64,000 nucleotides of DNA from Folioceros fuciformis (GCA_049999805.1 JBNGIO010006370.1:249212-313211); one strand, 5' to 3'; counted from the stretch's first letter, positions 14,195 to 27,069 are shown. Notes: generated from the sequence alone by a model not told the origin. Made by a program: numbers and translations.

Positions 14195-14385
14195 CAGCAC
14201 GGCACGGCCTGCCTGCCGTGGATGCATGGGGATGTGCTCCACCGCGCACCAGCAACGACAGGCGACGAAGTAGAAAGCTTAAAGGTCGGCACGCATCAAC
14301 TGCGTCCCTCCAGTCATGCGTCGAGGAAAAAGGGATAACAACGGGCCCAACGAATTTGAAGTCGACGACAACACAGCATATACAG

Positions 14386-14510
14386 ATGTATGTATGTATG
14401 TATGTACGTACATACTTACTCAACGGGTCCCGGGCCGGGGTCCACTACCCGATTCCATTTCGACCCGGCCCGGGCGGGGCGAGACGGGGCCGGGCCGGGC
14501 CGGGCCGGCA
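14386..14510. promoter_or_regulatory. Putative divergent promoter region of WAPL and CCT3 with a (TATG)n microsatellite and GGGCC-rich repeats
   Basis: Lies between the divergent ATGs at 13759 (-) and 14665 (+). Contains atgtatgtatgtatgtatgt and ggggccgggccgggccgggccgg. Function is inferred from position only. Confidence 0.4.
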
Positions 14511-14664
14511 ATACGACATTTTGATGCACGCTGCCTCCAAGCTTGTAGGCCTCTGCGTTTTGTTCAGAAGTCGAATTTCGGCTGGCTCGTACTTGGGCTG
14601 AACGTCCTGTTCCCGCGCAGCAGCAAAGAGACGCGGCTGGATCGGAATCTTCGACGCGGGCAAG

Positions 14665-17600
14665 ATGAATTCGCCAATGGTTGTCCTCAGTACGTGTGTT
14701 ATGCACAGGCCTGTGGAGACCTGCTGGATCCTGCGTGCCCTCATCTGCTGCATTCCAATCTTGCTCGCCTCCCTTCCCCGCTTTTTCCTCCTCCTTTGAA
14801 CTAACTGGGCGTTAGGTCGGGAGGAGCTGGTTTATGTGGATTGACCTAGTGTGCTTCTTGATTGGGTGGTGTCAGATGAGTCGACGAAGCGGGAGACTGG
14901 AAATCGGGTGTTCCATGCGAATATCAGTGCTGCCAAGGTGAGATCGATGTTGAGCATTTGGCAGGGCAGGGGTTAGAGGTTGGAGCTGACGAGGGCTGCT
15001 CTGTAGCAATGTGGCTGAATGAATGGAAATTGCAGGCGGTGGCGGACATTATCCGCACCACTCTGGGCCCGAGGTCCATGCTCAAGATGCTGCTGGATGC
15101 TGGGGGAGGTAGGTTCGAGGGAAGCACTGTTGGATTGGTAGACTTAGCCTCCAGGGCCTTCTGAGTGGTTGAGCTCATTCTGCTGGTGGGTTGGTGGACA
15201 GGCATAGTGTTATCGAACGATGGACATGCTATTCTTCGGGAGTTAGACGTGTCACATCCTGCAGCGAAGGTATCATTTGCAGCCTCATGTTTCTCTTTCT
15301 GACGGCTGTTTCTTGGGCGGACGGGGTCTGCAGTTGGCTTGATGCAGTGAAGGACAGTGTATGACTGGCGGAATCCCCTTCCTTTCTGTGTTCGTAGCAG
15401 ATCATGATTGAGCTCAGTCGCACTCAGGATGAAGAAGTTGGGGATGGAACGACCTCTGTGATCATTTTAGGTTTAAATCAGATGCGCCTCCCTTGATATA
15501 TTTGGCATTGTCCTGCGTTTTTCAGCAAATTGAAGTTGAGGAGTTGCTGTCTTTCTGAATATTTTGGAATTTGTGGTCTGGTCTCCAGCTGGAGAGATGC
15601 TGCATGTTGCAGGGCCATTCTTGGAGAGGGCTGTCCATCCGACAGTTGTTTGCCAAGGTATCAGGGCGTTTTGAAGCACAAGTTGTCTGCATCTTAATGT
15701 CGATTCCTTTTACCATTGTGGGTCTGGGTTCTTACCCTGTTTGCTGTGCGTGAATCAGCGTACACGAAAGCTCTTGAAGACGCAATTGCAGCACTGAAGG
15801 ATGTGAGCTTTGAAATCGATGTGAATGACCGTAAGTGTATTCTACAGAAGAAATTGTTTGTATCAGTATATGATACTTGGGCAGTGTCAGGCCATCAAGA
15901 CCGTCTGGTAGAGCTTCATACGGAGATTCTGTCGTATCCTGTACAGGTGAAAAGATGCTTCAAATTGTGCAGAGCTGTGTGGAGACCAAATTTACGAGCC
16001 GCTTTGGCACACTGATTGCGGTGAGTGGCTTGCCTTTTACAGCCAGGGTGCATGTTGTGGCATTTTCCCTAACTTGTCACAGGGTTCCCTGATGTGATAA
16101 TCAGGACGTAACTGTATGGTTTTCCCATGTTGGATCGTTTTTCTTGCAGGATCTTGCAGTTACCTCGGTTTCGCTGGTCGCGGATGACATAGGCACTGGC
16201 TTACGAGAAGCGGACATCAAGAAATATGTCAAGGTTGAGAAGATTGCTGGAGGCCAATTCGAGGATTCCAGGGTTCTCTCTGGGGTAATGTTCAACAAGG
16301 ATGTGGTGTTACCAGGCAAGATGAGACGCCGTATTTCGAATCCTCGGATCATTTTGCTTGATTGCCCGCTGGAGTACAAGAAGGGGGAGAACATGACGAA
16401 TGCCGAGTTGGTGAATGAAGAAGACTGGTGAGCAAGCGCAAGAGTGAACGGCTGGTTTGGATGGTGAAAGCAAACGATGCTTCTCTAATGCAGTTGTGGC
16501 TTTGTGTGGCTGCAGGGCTGCCCTGTTGGAGATGGAAGAAGAGTACATTGAAAATATGTGCAATCAAATTATTAACTTCAAGCCTGATGTTGTGATCACA
16601 GAGAAGGGCTTGAGTGACCTTGCCAGCCATTATCTGAGCAGGGCTGGAGTGAGTGCCATTAGGAGAGTCCGCAAAACAGACAACAACAGAATAGCTCGTG
16701 CTTGTGGTGCCACTATCGTAAACAGACCAGATGAGCTGGTTGAGAGCGATGTCGGGACATGCGCAGGGTTATTTGAAGTCAAAAAGCTGGGAGATGAGTT
16801 TTTCACATTCATTGTTGATTGCAAGGATCCAAAAGCGTGTACCATTCTGTTGAGAGGTGGTAGTAAAGATGTGCTGAACGAAATGGAGAGGAACTTACAG
16901 GTAGCTGTTAGTCATATTGGTATCGGCTGGATCTGTACTTCAATCCTGTTGCGCCTTCAGTATCTGATGGGCCCTGTTTCTGGCCCGCGTTTCTTTCTAG
17001 GATGCTATGGGAGTTGCACGGAACATCATCAAGGATGCAAGGCTTGTTCCAGGAGGGGGTGCGGCAGAGATGGCAGTTTCCGTTGCCCTCAAGAGGAAAA
17101 GTGCTTCTGTGGAGGGCGTGGAGCAGGTAGAACGGTTGGAAAGCTAGGGTAGCTCTAGTTTTTGGTGTCTCGGTATTCAGATGACACTAAAACCTGGTCT
17201 CTGTTGCAGCTGCCCTACAGAGCCGTGGCTCAAGCTCTTGAGGTTATTCCTCGAACAATAGCCCAAAACTGTGGTGTCAATGTGATTCGGACTATGACTG
17301 CGTTGCAAGCAAAGGTTAGCCTGACCAGTGCCTGACGACCATCTTCGTTCTGCTTCATGGTGCCGTCTCTTTGCCTTTCGGTTCCAACCAACTCAAGTGG
17401 GTCGTCTTCTGCTCTGCACAGCATGCGAGCAGCAAGAATGCTCTGTTCGGGGTTGACGGAAACACTGGTGAAATCCGAGACATGAAAGAGCTTGGGGTAA
17501 GCTGATTCCGCTGGTTGGTGGCTTGTGTGCCGTGTTGTGTAGGCAATGGGTGTTTGACGTGAATGATATTCCGCTCGTGACAGGTCTGGGATTCATTTGG

Positions 17601-17769
17601 GGTGAAAGTGCAAACTTTCAAGACGGCAATCGAAGCCGCTTGTCTTCTTCTGAGAATCGACAACATCGTAAGCGGCATCAAGAAGAAGGAAAAGAATGCA
17701 CCTTCGGGGCCGACCACGAAGGTTGACGACGAAAAAGATGCGGACGGGGAGCACATCATCCCGGAGTAG
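14665..17769 (+). CDS. CCT3: T-complex protein 1 subunit gamma (chaperonin CCT3), multi-exon
   Basis: MNSPMVVL, AVADIIRTTLGPRSMLKMLLDAGG, QDEEVGDGTTSV, KKYVKVEKIAGG, LDCPLEYKKGE, RRVRKTDNNRIARACGATIVNRPDEL, LVPGGGAAEM, KTAIEAACLLLRIDNIVSGIKKK. GT-AG introns throughout. Confidence 0.97.
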
Positions 17770-18180
17770 AGCCCCACACTTGGACCATGCCAAACCCTGG
17801 TGGAACTGGATGCTGAAGAGCGGACGGATGTTGGAACCCAAACAATTTTGTACTTGGTCAAACCTCTGACCCCTAGTTTTCTCTGAATTTCAACTATGCA
17901 GCTTGTGATGCTTGGAGTCGCAGGTAGCTCTACAGAGCCGAGAAAAAGGTTCCCACGGTTCGTCGTGTGCCAAACACGGAGTTAAGGCCTGGCCTACACA
18001 GCACGTTTTGACCAAAGTCCGATGCCTGATTGGATGTTAAGCCTATGTCAGATCCGGGTTCCTCAGGTCAGGTGATCAGCAAGTAAGATAAACCAGTTGG
18101 CCCGTGCTTAGCCTTGCAGCATACTAATGGCGCCAGCAGTGCTTGGAGAGTCGCCTATAGCTGACATCGTCATGGAGCCC

Positions 18181-18290
18181 AGCGTTGCCCTTACACCGAA
18201 CTTCAAGGCGGAAACAGAAACCACGGCCAACAGATCAGCGCTGCCCTTACACCGAACTTCAAGGCGGAAACAGAAGCCAAGGCCAACAGA
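18181..18290. repeat. Two-copy tandem duplication, 56-bp period
   Basis: agcg(t/c)tgcccttacaccgaacttcaaggcggaaacagaa(a/g)cca(c/a)ggccaacaga occurs twice. Confidence 0.85.
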
Positions 18291-18586
18291 AAGCCGGCAT
18301 GGTTGGGACGTCCTTTGATGACACCGGCGAATGAAACCCTAAAGCCGGTTCACATTCATGTTCAAAACAACGTCTGGTCTTTCATACCGGCATAGAATTT
18401 ATTTATACTTCTTCAGCCCTTTAGTTACTCCTGCGTTCGCACAGGCTTTTGGGCTTACACAAAATAGTGACATAATCTACTAGGGGTCATATTCCTTGAG
18501 GTCGACAACATGAATTGTGGCTTTGCTCAGACAACTAGGCGGACTTGGATAACATAGATGGGAATCGTTCTATAGACAAAGTAGAT

Positions 18587-19252
18587 ATGGTGGATGTTAA
18601 TGCCCCAACTGAAGGAGCCAATGTTGATGTCCCAATTGAAGGAACAAATGTTGATGCCTCAGCTGAAGGAACAAATGTTGATGCTGCAACTAAAGGAACA
18701 AATGCAAATGTCCCAATTGAAAGAACAAATGCAAGTGCTCCAAGTGAAGAAGCAAAAGTTGCAACAACAACCCAGCTCAAGCTCAAGCTCGATAGTGATG
18801 AGATTGAGTATTGCACTATTTGCACAGAAACAATTACAATGGATGAAGATTTCATGCAAGTTTTCGATTGTGACCACATTTTTCACAAGGAATGTCTGAT
18901 GCCATGGTTGGATGGAAATCGCCCATCATGTCCAAATTGTAGAGCTACTATGTTTGATGACTTCGAGGAATTTGAAAAGGTAGTTAACAACTTTTTATCT
19001 AGAAGAGCTGATTTAGCTACTAGAATTAAAAGTTTTCTTGTACAAGCTAAATCGAAACAACGACAGAAAAAACACTCAAAATCTTTGAAGCAGGAAGTGT
19101 TCAATATGCTGATGTTGAAGACTCCAAAAGATGGAGGAAGATTGCATGATTTGTATGTGGAATTTTTGCCTGAATTACTTTCTTTGGAAGATGAAGAAAA
19201 TGGCATGTCACTTCTCATGGAGCTTCTCGAGGAAATAACACATAGTCTTTAA
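18587..19252 (+). CDS. Intronless RING-H2 finger protein with N-terminal 9-aa repeats
   Basis: CTIC...CDHIFHKEC...W...CPNC fits the C3H2C3 pattern. Six 27-bp repeats encode VDVPIEGTN-like units. First in-frame ATG is at 18587. Confidence 0.75.
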   Translation: MVDVNAPTEGANVDVPIEGTNVDASAEGTNVDAATKGTNANVPIERTNASAPSEEAKVATTTQLKLKLDSDEIEYCTICTETITMDEDFMQVFDCDHIFHKECLMPWLDGNRPSCPNCRATMFDDFEEFEKVVNNFLSRRADLATRIKSFLVQAKSKQRQKKHSKSLKQEVFNMLMLKTPKDGGRLHDLYVEFLPELLSLEDEENGMSLLMELLEEITHSL

Positions 19253-19365
19253 TGGCTATTCAGCCATGAGAACCTCAAAAGAGTGTGACATAGAGAAGAA
19301 TCACATGTGTTTCAAGTAATTCATGTGAGCAATCATACATAGCTAATGTATGGGGAAAATGTTAT

Positions 19366-20130
19366 GTAAGACCCCCCCACGCGTACCGGCTTCCTTTAGC
19401 TAGTTTCTACTTTAGCTAACTTTTTCTTAAAGTGATATGTAATTAGTTAATTAATGAGTTAAATTTAAATTTAAGCTTATTTTCATAAAGTATGAACTTG
19501 TTAAACCCTAAACTCTAAACCCTAATTCCATGTTAGAATTAAAGCTCTTGCTTCTAGGGTTGTGATGAAAACCCTAAAAGCACCCTCTAGTAATACACTC
19601 TAGTGATTGGAGTATCTAGGAGCTAATGATCACACTTATTCCACTATGCCATGGCATAGGAGTGATTGGAGTCTCTAGGAGATGAGCTAGGTTTTCAAAG
19701 TGTTCTTCGAGATGCTCTCCCTATGGAAGGGTGGTTTGGTTAAGGTTTGTTTAAGATAAGTGGCTCTATCTTTAGAGTTTGCAAATTACAAGTCTATGCT
19801 AGTAGGGGAGTCCTTTTGGTTGAGCTAGATGTAAGGGACTTTGCTTTCACGACATCTGACCACATAGTAAGAACCTTGGAACTAGGTAGATATTGAGAAA
19901 TGGAAGAGTGTGGATATGAGATTTCGGAGAGAACTGAATTGAAGAATATGGAGTCTGGGGGTAGCTAGGGAATAATTAGAGGAAGAGATCAACATATCTG
20001 GTGGACAAGAGAAGGAGAAGTGTGAGAATGGAGTATGGTGTTGGAAGAAGGTCCAAGTGAGAGCCTAAGGGGGAGAAGCCCCCAGATCTACAACTTTCAA
20101 GACTTGGGAAGTGCCAAGGTCTTCGGGTTG
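19366..20130 (+). mobile_element. Possible decayed LTR-retrotransposon fragment
   Basis: Begins TGTAAG after a purine-rich tract. AT-rich and CpG-poor, followed by a purine-rich degenerate stretch. No diagnostic domain was recognised. Confidence 0.25.
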
Positions 20131-20534
20131 AGATAGATGAACCTACTTTCATCTCGCAACGGGCAACGCTTTAACAGGCTTTTCATCTAAAGTCAGCAGT
20201 TAGCTGTTTATACAGCCCCTCCCCTAACAGTATTTTCAGTTGGGCAAGCCAAGTTTGTTCGACCTTCACGGATTCCTCATATCTCTGTCCCTGCTGGTAT
20301 TCATACATGGTTACCGAGGCCATACGGGTGCCTCTAGCAACTGTGACCACCTCAAGCACTCGCCCAATTTCGGACATCGTGTATCGTTCCACTTGATCAG
20401 CCCGTGGACTCCTCCCCTGCGGGCCTGTTGTACTGTAAGGTTTGCTAAATTCACCAATGCAAAAATCATGTCCTGAGTGCTTCACCACCTTCGACGGGCA
20501 TCTTCACCCGAAAGAGGCCAACCAGTATCCGAAC

Positions 20535-23500
20535 CTAAGAAAGTGGGCCTGGACCTTCATCGTCTTCCTCGTGCTTCCCTTTGTCCAGACTAAGAGGCCA
20601 GAAGGGGGACCATGTCCAGCAGACAACAGTGGCAATGACCAGTCCCAACACAAAAAAGACGAGCGAAGGTCCTGCAAAGCCATGACAAAACGTACTGTCA
20701 AACTGAGCCCATGCTGGCACCAAACACCAATTCCGGATAGACTGGACAGCTTCAGACTGACGGGAGCCTTCACCGTACCCGGGAGGAAATCAGAATTTCG
20801 ACTCAGAGCCCAAGAGAACCTGCCCCAAGAAACACGAGATCACGAAATTACGAGCCGAACACATGCTTCCATAGCACTTTGTCACAAGTCTGTAATCAAG
20901 AACAACGTACAGTAGCCCTCCAGTCTCTGGGGCGATGGTAGTCGTCAAGGCCATCGTACTGACTGCTAGACCGTTTGCTGCACCTCTTTCACTCGGTTTC
21001 TGAAAGCAGGAAGGGCCCCAAGGGGTGAGTTCAGGATGCAAGCGCTACAGAAGCCGCACGGCGTGTAAATGGATGGTCAGGTCGAGATGAGATACCACGG
21101 CATTGTTGACCAGTAGAAATGCTCCGTCCATGGTTGAAGTCTGTCACAGAGGAGGGCAAGGAAAGGGATGACACAGGATAAGGGTGACATGCTCTGTTCC
21201 ATATAACAGACATGCTCCTAGGAATGCACACTCTGCTGTGTAGGAGGGTCCTCACCGATGCGATGTTCTTGTAAAGTGATATCAAAAGAATGAGCAGGAA
21301 CGTAGGCGCGCCCACAAGTTGGCCTGCCAGCGGAAATAAAACCATGGTGGGCAATGCTAGAATCTGCATCCATTGGGCAACGTTGCAAGTCAGGATTTTA
21401 ACGGCAGAACATAAATGTAGTAGCGCTTGCTACGTTGGATAAGATACTACAACAAGCAAGGAACTGACATGCCACCGTATACAACGACGGACGAGCAGTA
21501 ACATGAGCAACAGGGAGTCTTACAGCAGATAGCCGGATGACTTTACTGGGTCCAAGGTAATTGGTTACAGGAGGGAAGACAAAAAGCTGCCAAAATAGCA
21601 ACCCAAAACCTGGCACAGGTGCATCGAACAACGGCGTTGGATGAGGACCAGGCATAGTTGAAAAACAACATCGCAGCAGAGAGATGGGTTGAGTGTACCT
21701 GAGACGGTTAGAATGTTTCCAACTTGAACTGAAGTAAAACCCAGCCCTCCAATGCTTTTGGGACTCAGTGCCCAGAAAGAAAAACACTGGAGAGCAAGGT
21801 AGTTCAACCCTGAGTATGCCGAGTGCACAGCAGGCAGACAATGCGGCTGCGCGGGAGTGGGGTCAACGTACTTCTGTGAAGGACACCTCGAACAATGCCC
21901 ATATGGAGAAGACATAGATCGAAGCCAGCAACGGGTAGTTCTTGAACATAGCCCATGGCGATTTCTTCGCTTTGGGTGGTGACTGTTCCACGATCGTCTG
22001 GGCGTCTGAAACCGGGACAATGTCCTCGTCATTCAACCCTGCGTCTGCCCTCTTTCCTTCGTCATCGTAGGTAACGGCAAGCTTGGGTGCATTTTCATGG
22101 AAATGAAGGGTCTCCTGCACAGTTCACTCACTTCAGCACGAGCTTGCATCGATTTGATTTCAGTCTGGAAGACAGAACGGAATCTGGACAACAACGTAAC
22201 TGGAAGCTGCGTTGTAATGAGAGCTCCCACGGTAGCAGTGGCAGCGGCGACAACAGAGGGCAGCAGATATGGGTACCTGCACGTCACGACAGACCGTGGT
22301 GAGATCCACTCCCTAGCAAAGCTGGCTGGCAGGCCTTGGATCAGTGTGACTTACCGATCGAAGAAGGAGCCAGGAGGGAACAGGTCAGGATAGCTCAAAG
22401 ATGGCTGCACAAGCGTCCAATGCGAGATGTCTTACATACAAATGGGCGGAATGACTACCAGAGACGGGAGTGAGCAGCAACCATCGACCCACCCATCAGC
22501 TTAGCTCACCCGTGCAAGATATCCCCCAATCGCAGGGCCAATGATTAAGCCTAGACCCCATGACGTCCCTACCTGCACAGACAAACGAGGAGGGACTGAC
22601 GGTCTCTTATCTGGAGGGATCAGTTCTGCAGCCAATGAAACTAAGAACTCTGATAGGGAGACAAGCAAACCCAGCATACGAAGCACTGCTTTGGATGGGT
22701 TTACTCACAACTGAAACACTCAGGGCTTGCTGCCGTTCATTGCAAACCTCCGATGCAAAAACCTGCGCAATTGGCACCCTCCGTTGAAAAATCTGCTGAT
22801 TTAAGGAAACGTACAAAATCGAAGCGACGACTTCACAACATTCTCCCACCTTCGCGGGCCCAAACGAGCCATTCAGGAGACCGAGAAGCAGACGGCAGGT
22901 GAGGGCCATCCAGTAATTGTAGCTTGCTCCAAACAGCAAGTTGAAAATAGCTCTGCAAACCAGTACTTACCGTCGGTCACGTTCCGCTCTGGCGCAAATC
23001 CGGAACGAATACAGGAATACAGCTGGGCTACTGCACTCACATGGAAGCGAGACCTATGAGGATGATTGGCCTCCTGCCATACTTGTCAGACCAGATGCCC
23101 CACTGCCAGGCGCTCAAGAACCTCCCGAACATGAACGACGAGCCTGGAGACCATCCAGCATCGCCTTCTCAGCACGTCCCAGCACAGTACAGAACAGTAA
23201 AAAAAAACGCTAGCAGCTCGAAACCAACGGACTGGGACGGCATACCTAACAATCCAGCATAGATACCAATATCTTCGTCTCTTGCAGCAATGTTGAAGTC
23301 CTTGACCTGCATCAACCAATTCATCAAACGCTGACAGCAATGTGCGCAAGACTAGCTCCACGTGAGCGGCAGGAGACTGTACCATGAAGTAGACATAAGG
23401 GAACAGGGAGGTGGTGGGCATTGCTGCAGAAAACCACGATATCGGCACGGATCAGCATGACCTTCATGGCATCGACCGCCGGATCCCACAAATTTTGCAG

Positions 23501-23659
23501 ATAGAGGTGCTCACCATTGCAGAAGACGATGAGGGCCACAAATAGCAGCTGCGCATACGGGGGAGATTTGCTGGCGGCTGCTCGTTGGGCAACTTTGCAT
23601 CCGGGGCAGTCAGGATACACCTTTCTGTTACGCAGAAGCGGCTGCTCCAAATCCGCCAT
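20535..23659 (-). CDS. ZIFL1: Zinc-induced facilitator-like MFS transporter, multi-exon
   Basis: MADLEQPLL...YPDCPGC, MPTTSLFPYVYFMV, WGIWSDKYGRRP, LLGLLNGSFGPAK, WGLGLIIGPAIGGYLA, YPYLLPS, QETLHFH, ERGAANGLA, FLPGPSLVFFVL. Confidence 0.9.
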
Positions 23660-24450
23660 CGCCCGAGCGCGCACTCCGCTGGAGTGCTGAATAAAAGGAA
23701 CTTGACAGTGTAGAATGCTTGAATAAGTATCACGTCATACCCGCCAGACGAGCGGATGTACCAATAATTGTCGGAAGACTCGCACGTTCTGCAAGTCTGA
23801 AATTACAGACCCATAATCACTATGCTTAAGGACAGGAGTCCTGACAGGCCACTCGGTGGTTGCGTACGAAAAAAGTCTTGCTACTTCATATAAGCCTGTG
23901 AATAGGCCTCGTGGCGCGAGTACTGCCCCTCATCGGGTAGGGAACACTGCCAGCATGACTGGCCAGGTAGTAACCGTCTGAAAGAGGCAAACAAATAAGG
24001 CCTCCACTCTTCAAAGCTGGAGGGAAGCACCTCGTGTACAGCGGCTGACCAACTTTTCCGAACAGGTTCTTGTGGACAACTTTATTCCATGCAGTGGCTA
24101 CTGCATTCTTTTTTATTTCGTAGTCCACCAACGTCCGTTCTAGAGCAGTGGTTGCAATGCTAATCCAGATAACGAAGTAAGAACGTATACACTGCAGATC
24201 ACTAAGCCCACCCACTCTGGTCTGTGACGCCACGATGTCCCAAGGGTCGGCACGTCGCCCTGAAACAAGCCTGTATGTACCAAGCATGCCATATTACCCT
24301 GGACTCGAGACATTCCAGGAAAAGAATTTGTGTACACCCGATGTGGACGTGGGGATCCAATCCCACAGTTCACACAAAATACTGGGCCTCAACCCATCCT
24401 TTCCCTTGCACAAACAAGGGGGTGAGAAGAGAGGTGGGTCTTGTCATACG

Positions 24451-25157
24451 TCAGGAGCTTCGTCCCTGTAGAAGGTTGCTAAAGGACGGGGCTGGCCTGT
24501 TCCGCAACTCCTCCTGTACTCTCTTCATCTCCTCTGGATCTGAACACACAACGAAAGAGCGAGAGTGAGATCCGTCACTAGGGTTTGTGGCACGCACCCA
24601 ATCCAGGCACCATCGAAAGCCTAGCAATACCCACCCACGCTGTCCATGAGCTTCGGCAAAACGATTACTGCCAACCCCATGAAGCCAACCATGAGCCCCA
24701 TGGGACTCTTGAGCAGAGCCAGCACAGAAAAAGGCTCTCGCTTCTCGTAGTACTGCTCAACCTGAGCCGGAGCTAGCTGCAGAGGGTCCGGCAGTATCCG
24801 CCGAGTCTCGGTGTAAATGGCATGCACATCTCCCCGAAGCCGATCGCTCACATCCAGCCGCACCGGGGCGAAGGAGTACCCCGGCGCCGCCACCTCCAGG
24901 AGATGCGTTCCCGGAGGCACGCCATGGAAGGCGAAGTAGCCGTCTGGTTGAAGAAATGTCACCCGCTGGCCCCCGTTCAGCAGAAGCTTGACCGAAGCCG
25001 CTACCTTGTCGGCGAAGGCAACCACCTGCACCCGGCCCTCCACCAGGTAGCCGCCCCCCTCCGGCTGCCGCTGCTGCCTAGAATCCGCGCAATCCGCACC
25101 GGAAGCCAGCAGGAGTAGGAGGAGAAACGCGGCAGCAGCCGCCGAGGCCGCCACCAT
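24451..25157 (-). CDS. EMC7: ER membrane protein complex subunit 7, two exons
   Basis: Signal peptide [95 protein letters not shown]...PKLMDSV|DPEEMKRVQEE. Confidence 0.93.
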
Positions 25158-27069
25158 GGTCACAGAGCGGTGGGGCACCACTGTGTCTCGCCTCGCGCTC
25201 GAACGATATCGATCCCTGCCGACAAAGGGCAAACCGCAGGGCAAGGAAATCACCGTCCTGGCCGCCTTCCTTCTCTCCCGCGACCCCGATTACTCCCACG
25301 ACTCGAGCGTCTCCAACCCTGACCACCCCAGGACCCCCGGCAGCGTCTCCGACAACGACGCCGCTAAGGCAACAATCGGACAGGAGTGTAGACAGGGCAA
25401 CAACGCCTCCAACCGCGACTCCCACGACTCATCAAACGTCTCCAACCTGGGCCCCAACAGTGTCTTCAACCACACCTCCAACTACATCTCAAACCACGAC
25501 TCGCACGTCTCAGGCTCGGTGGAGGTGGTGGCTCTGGGAACCGGAACCAAGTGCCTCGGGAGGTCGCGGCTGACCGAGCTTGGAGACGTGGTTAATGACT
25601 CACACGCGGAAGTGATAGCCCGCCGAGCTCTGCTGCGGTGGGAATTTTCTTCCGCTGATCCTCGCTGATGTTGTAGGAGGGAAAGGAGTCGGGAATCTAA
25701 ATTCCTTGTTGGTGCGGCGGCAGGTATCTGTATTCGGAGATCGACCGCCTATGCCACGGCGATGACGGATCCATTTTCGAGCGTGTGGAAACTGCGGAGC
25801 CAGGACGGAGGAGCGTATGTAGGCTGCGGGGAGGACTGCGCTTCCATCTCTACATCAGCCAGTTGCCGTGCGGAGATGCTTGCATATTTCCCTGCTCTGG
25901 ATGCCTCGGGTATGGTGCAGCGTCGGCATCTGCGTGCCAGGAGACAGGAGTGGTGCGCAGGAAGCCGGGGCGTGGAGACGCCACTCTGTGCATGAGCTGC
26001 AGTGATAAGATTGCCCGCTGGAACGTGCTTGGCCTGCAAGGTTGGCTCCTTGATTTTGCGATCCGTTTGCGTCTGTATTTCGTGCTCTTCTGCGTGCTGT
26101 GGTTGTTGTTTTGTTGTTTGACTTGCTCCGTGAAGAAGAAGAGTACGTGGAATTGGTGTGGACAGGAGCTCTTCTCATGCACTTCGTCGCTGAGCCTATA
26201 TATCTTTCGTCCATATCGGTGGCTGTGGATGAGAGCTCTGGCCATGGCCTGCTCGGTGCGGACGCCCAGTGTAGCCGGCTTGCATTTGAAGCTTTGGAGC
26301 GCGCTGTGCATGGCCGGCTTGTTCCTGTTGCCGACACCTTTCTCCCTCCTTTCAAGCTGATTCAGCCGACTACCTTCAAGGCTCCCCTTGCTCCCAGCGA
26401 ATTCCGGCAGCCTGTCGATAACTGCTTGGTTCCAACCTGCGGGTCGGGTCCAGCCTGTACCCAACCTTGGATTGTGCTGTTATGCGTGTACCTGTTGACT
26501 GGCGATTCATGTATTTTCCCTTGTTTGACGCCTAGGTTGCTTGGTTCAGGTACTCCATAAGCTGGAACAAAGCGGGTTTGCATGATGTGATTCTGGGAAC
26601 TACCGGGCGGAAGCAAGGAACATCGTCTAAGGGTGCACTGTCTCCTGCTACTCAATCGAAGATTTGCAAGTAAACTCTCATCACCTTGCTTAATGGAATG
26701 CCGGGGAAGTGGATGCAAGTTTTTGTCACAAGGGCTCCTGGAATTGTCAAGAACATTGAACTCACACGGTGCTTACTGTGCAGGAGACATTTGTTTTCCT
26801 ATTTCGTTTATCTCTTGCCGCACTTTTTACCTCCTGCAGACTTCTACGATTCTGCATACCAAGAGATGAAGGTTGCTTTTGATTTCACAACTGGGTTTGC
26901 CTACACTTTATACTGCGTTTTTCCCAGCTCCGTAATCCGTTGAACCTGACTGTTAGGACAGGACTCCGCTCAACTGTACGCATCTTGCCGACGAGCTCTT
27001 CTCTGCAAACCGTCACCTTTTGGAGAGTGGTTAGTGAAGCCTACTTCGCAGCAGTCATTCAAACGCTAA
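25156..27069 (+). CDS. TAD1: tRNA-specific adenosine deaminase 1 (ADAT1/TAD1), multi-exon
   Basis: N-terminus [107 protein letters not shown]-terminal WLVKP, stop at 27067-27069. Confidence 0.93.

Noticed and set aside
13671-14601. Long ORFs spanning the N run
   Set aside because: Artefacts of translating the assembly gap; WAPL has a family-typical start at 13759.
19502-19525. Telomere-like AAACCCT words (also near 33510 and 55925)
   Set aside because: Only 2-3 imperfect units each; too short to call interstitial telomeric repeats or functional telo-boxes.
20183-20488. 101-aa minus-strand ORF after ZIFL
   Set aside because: No recognisable motif; it begins within about 50 bp of the ZIFL stop and is probably 3'UTR or decayed sequence.
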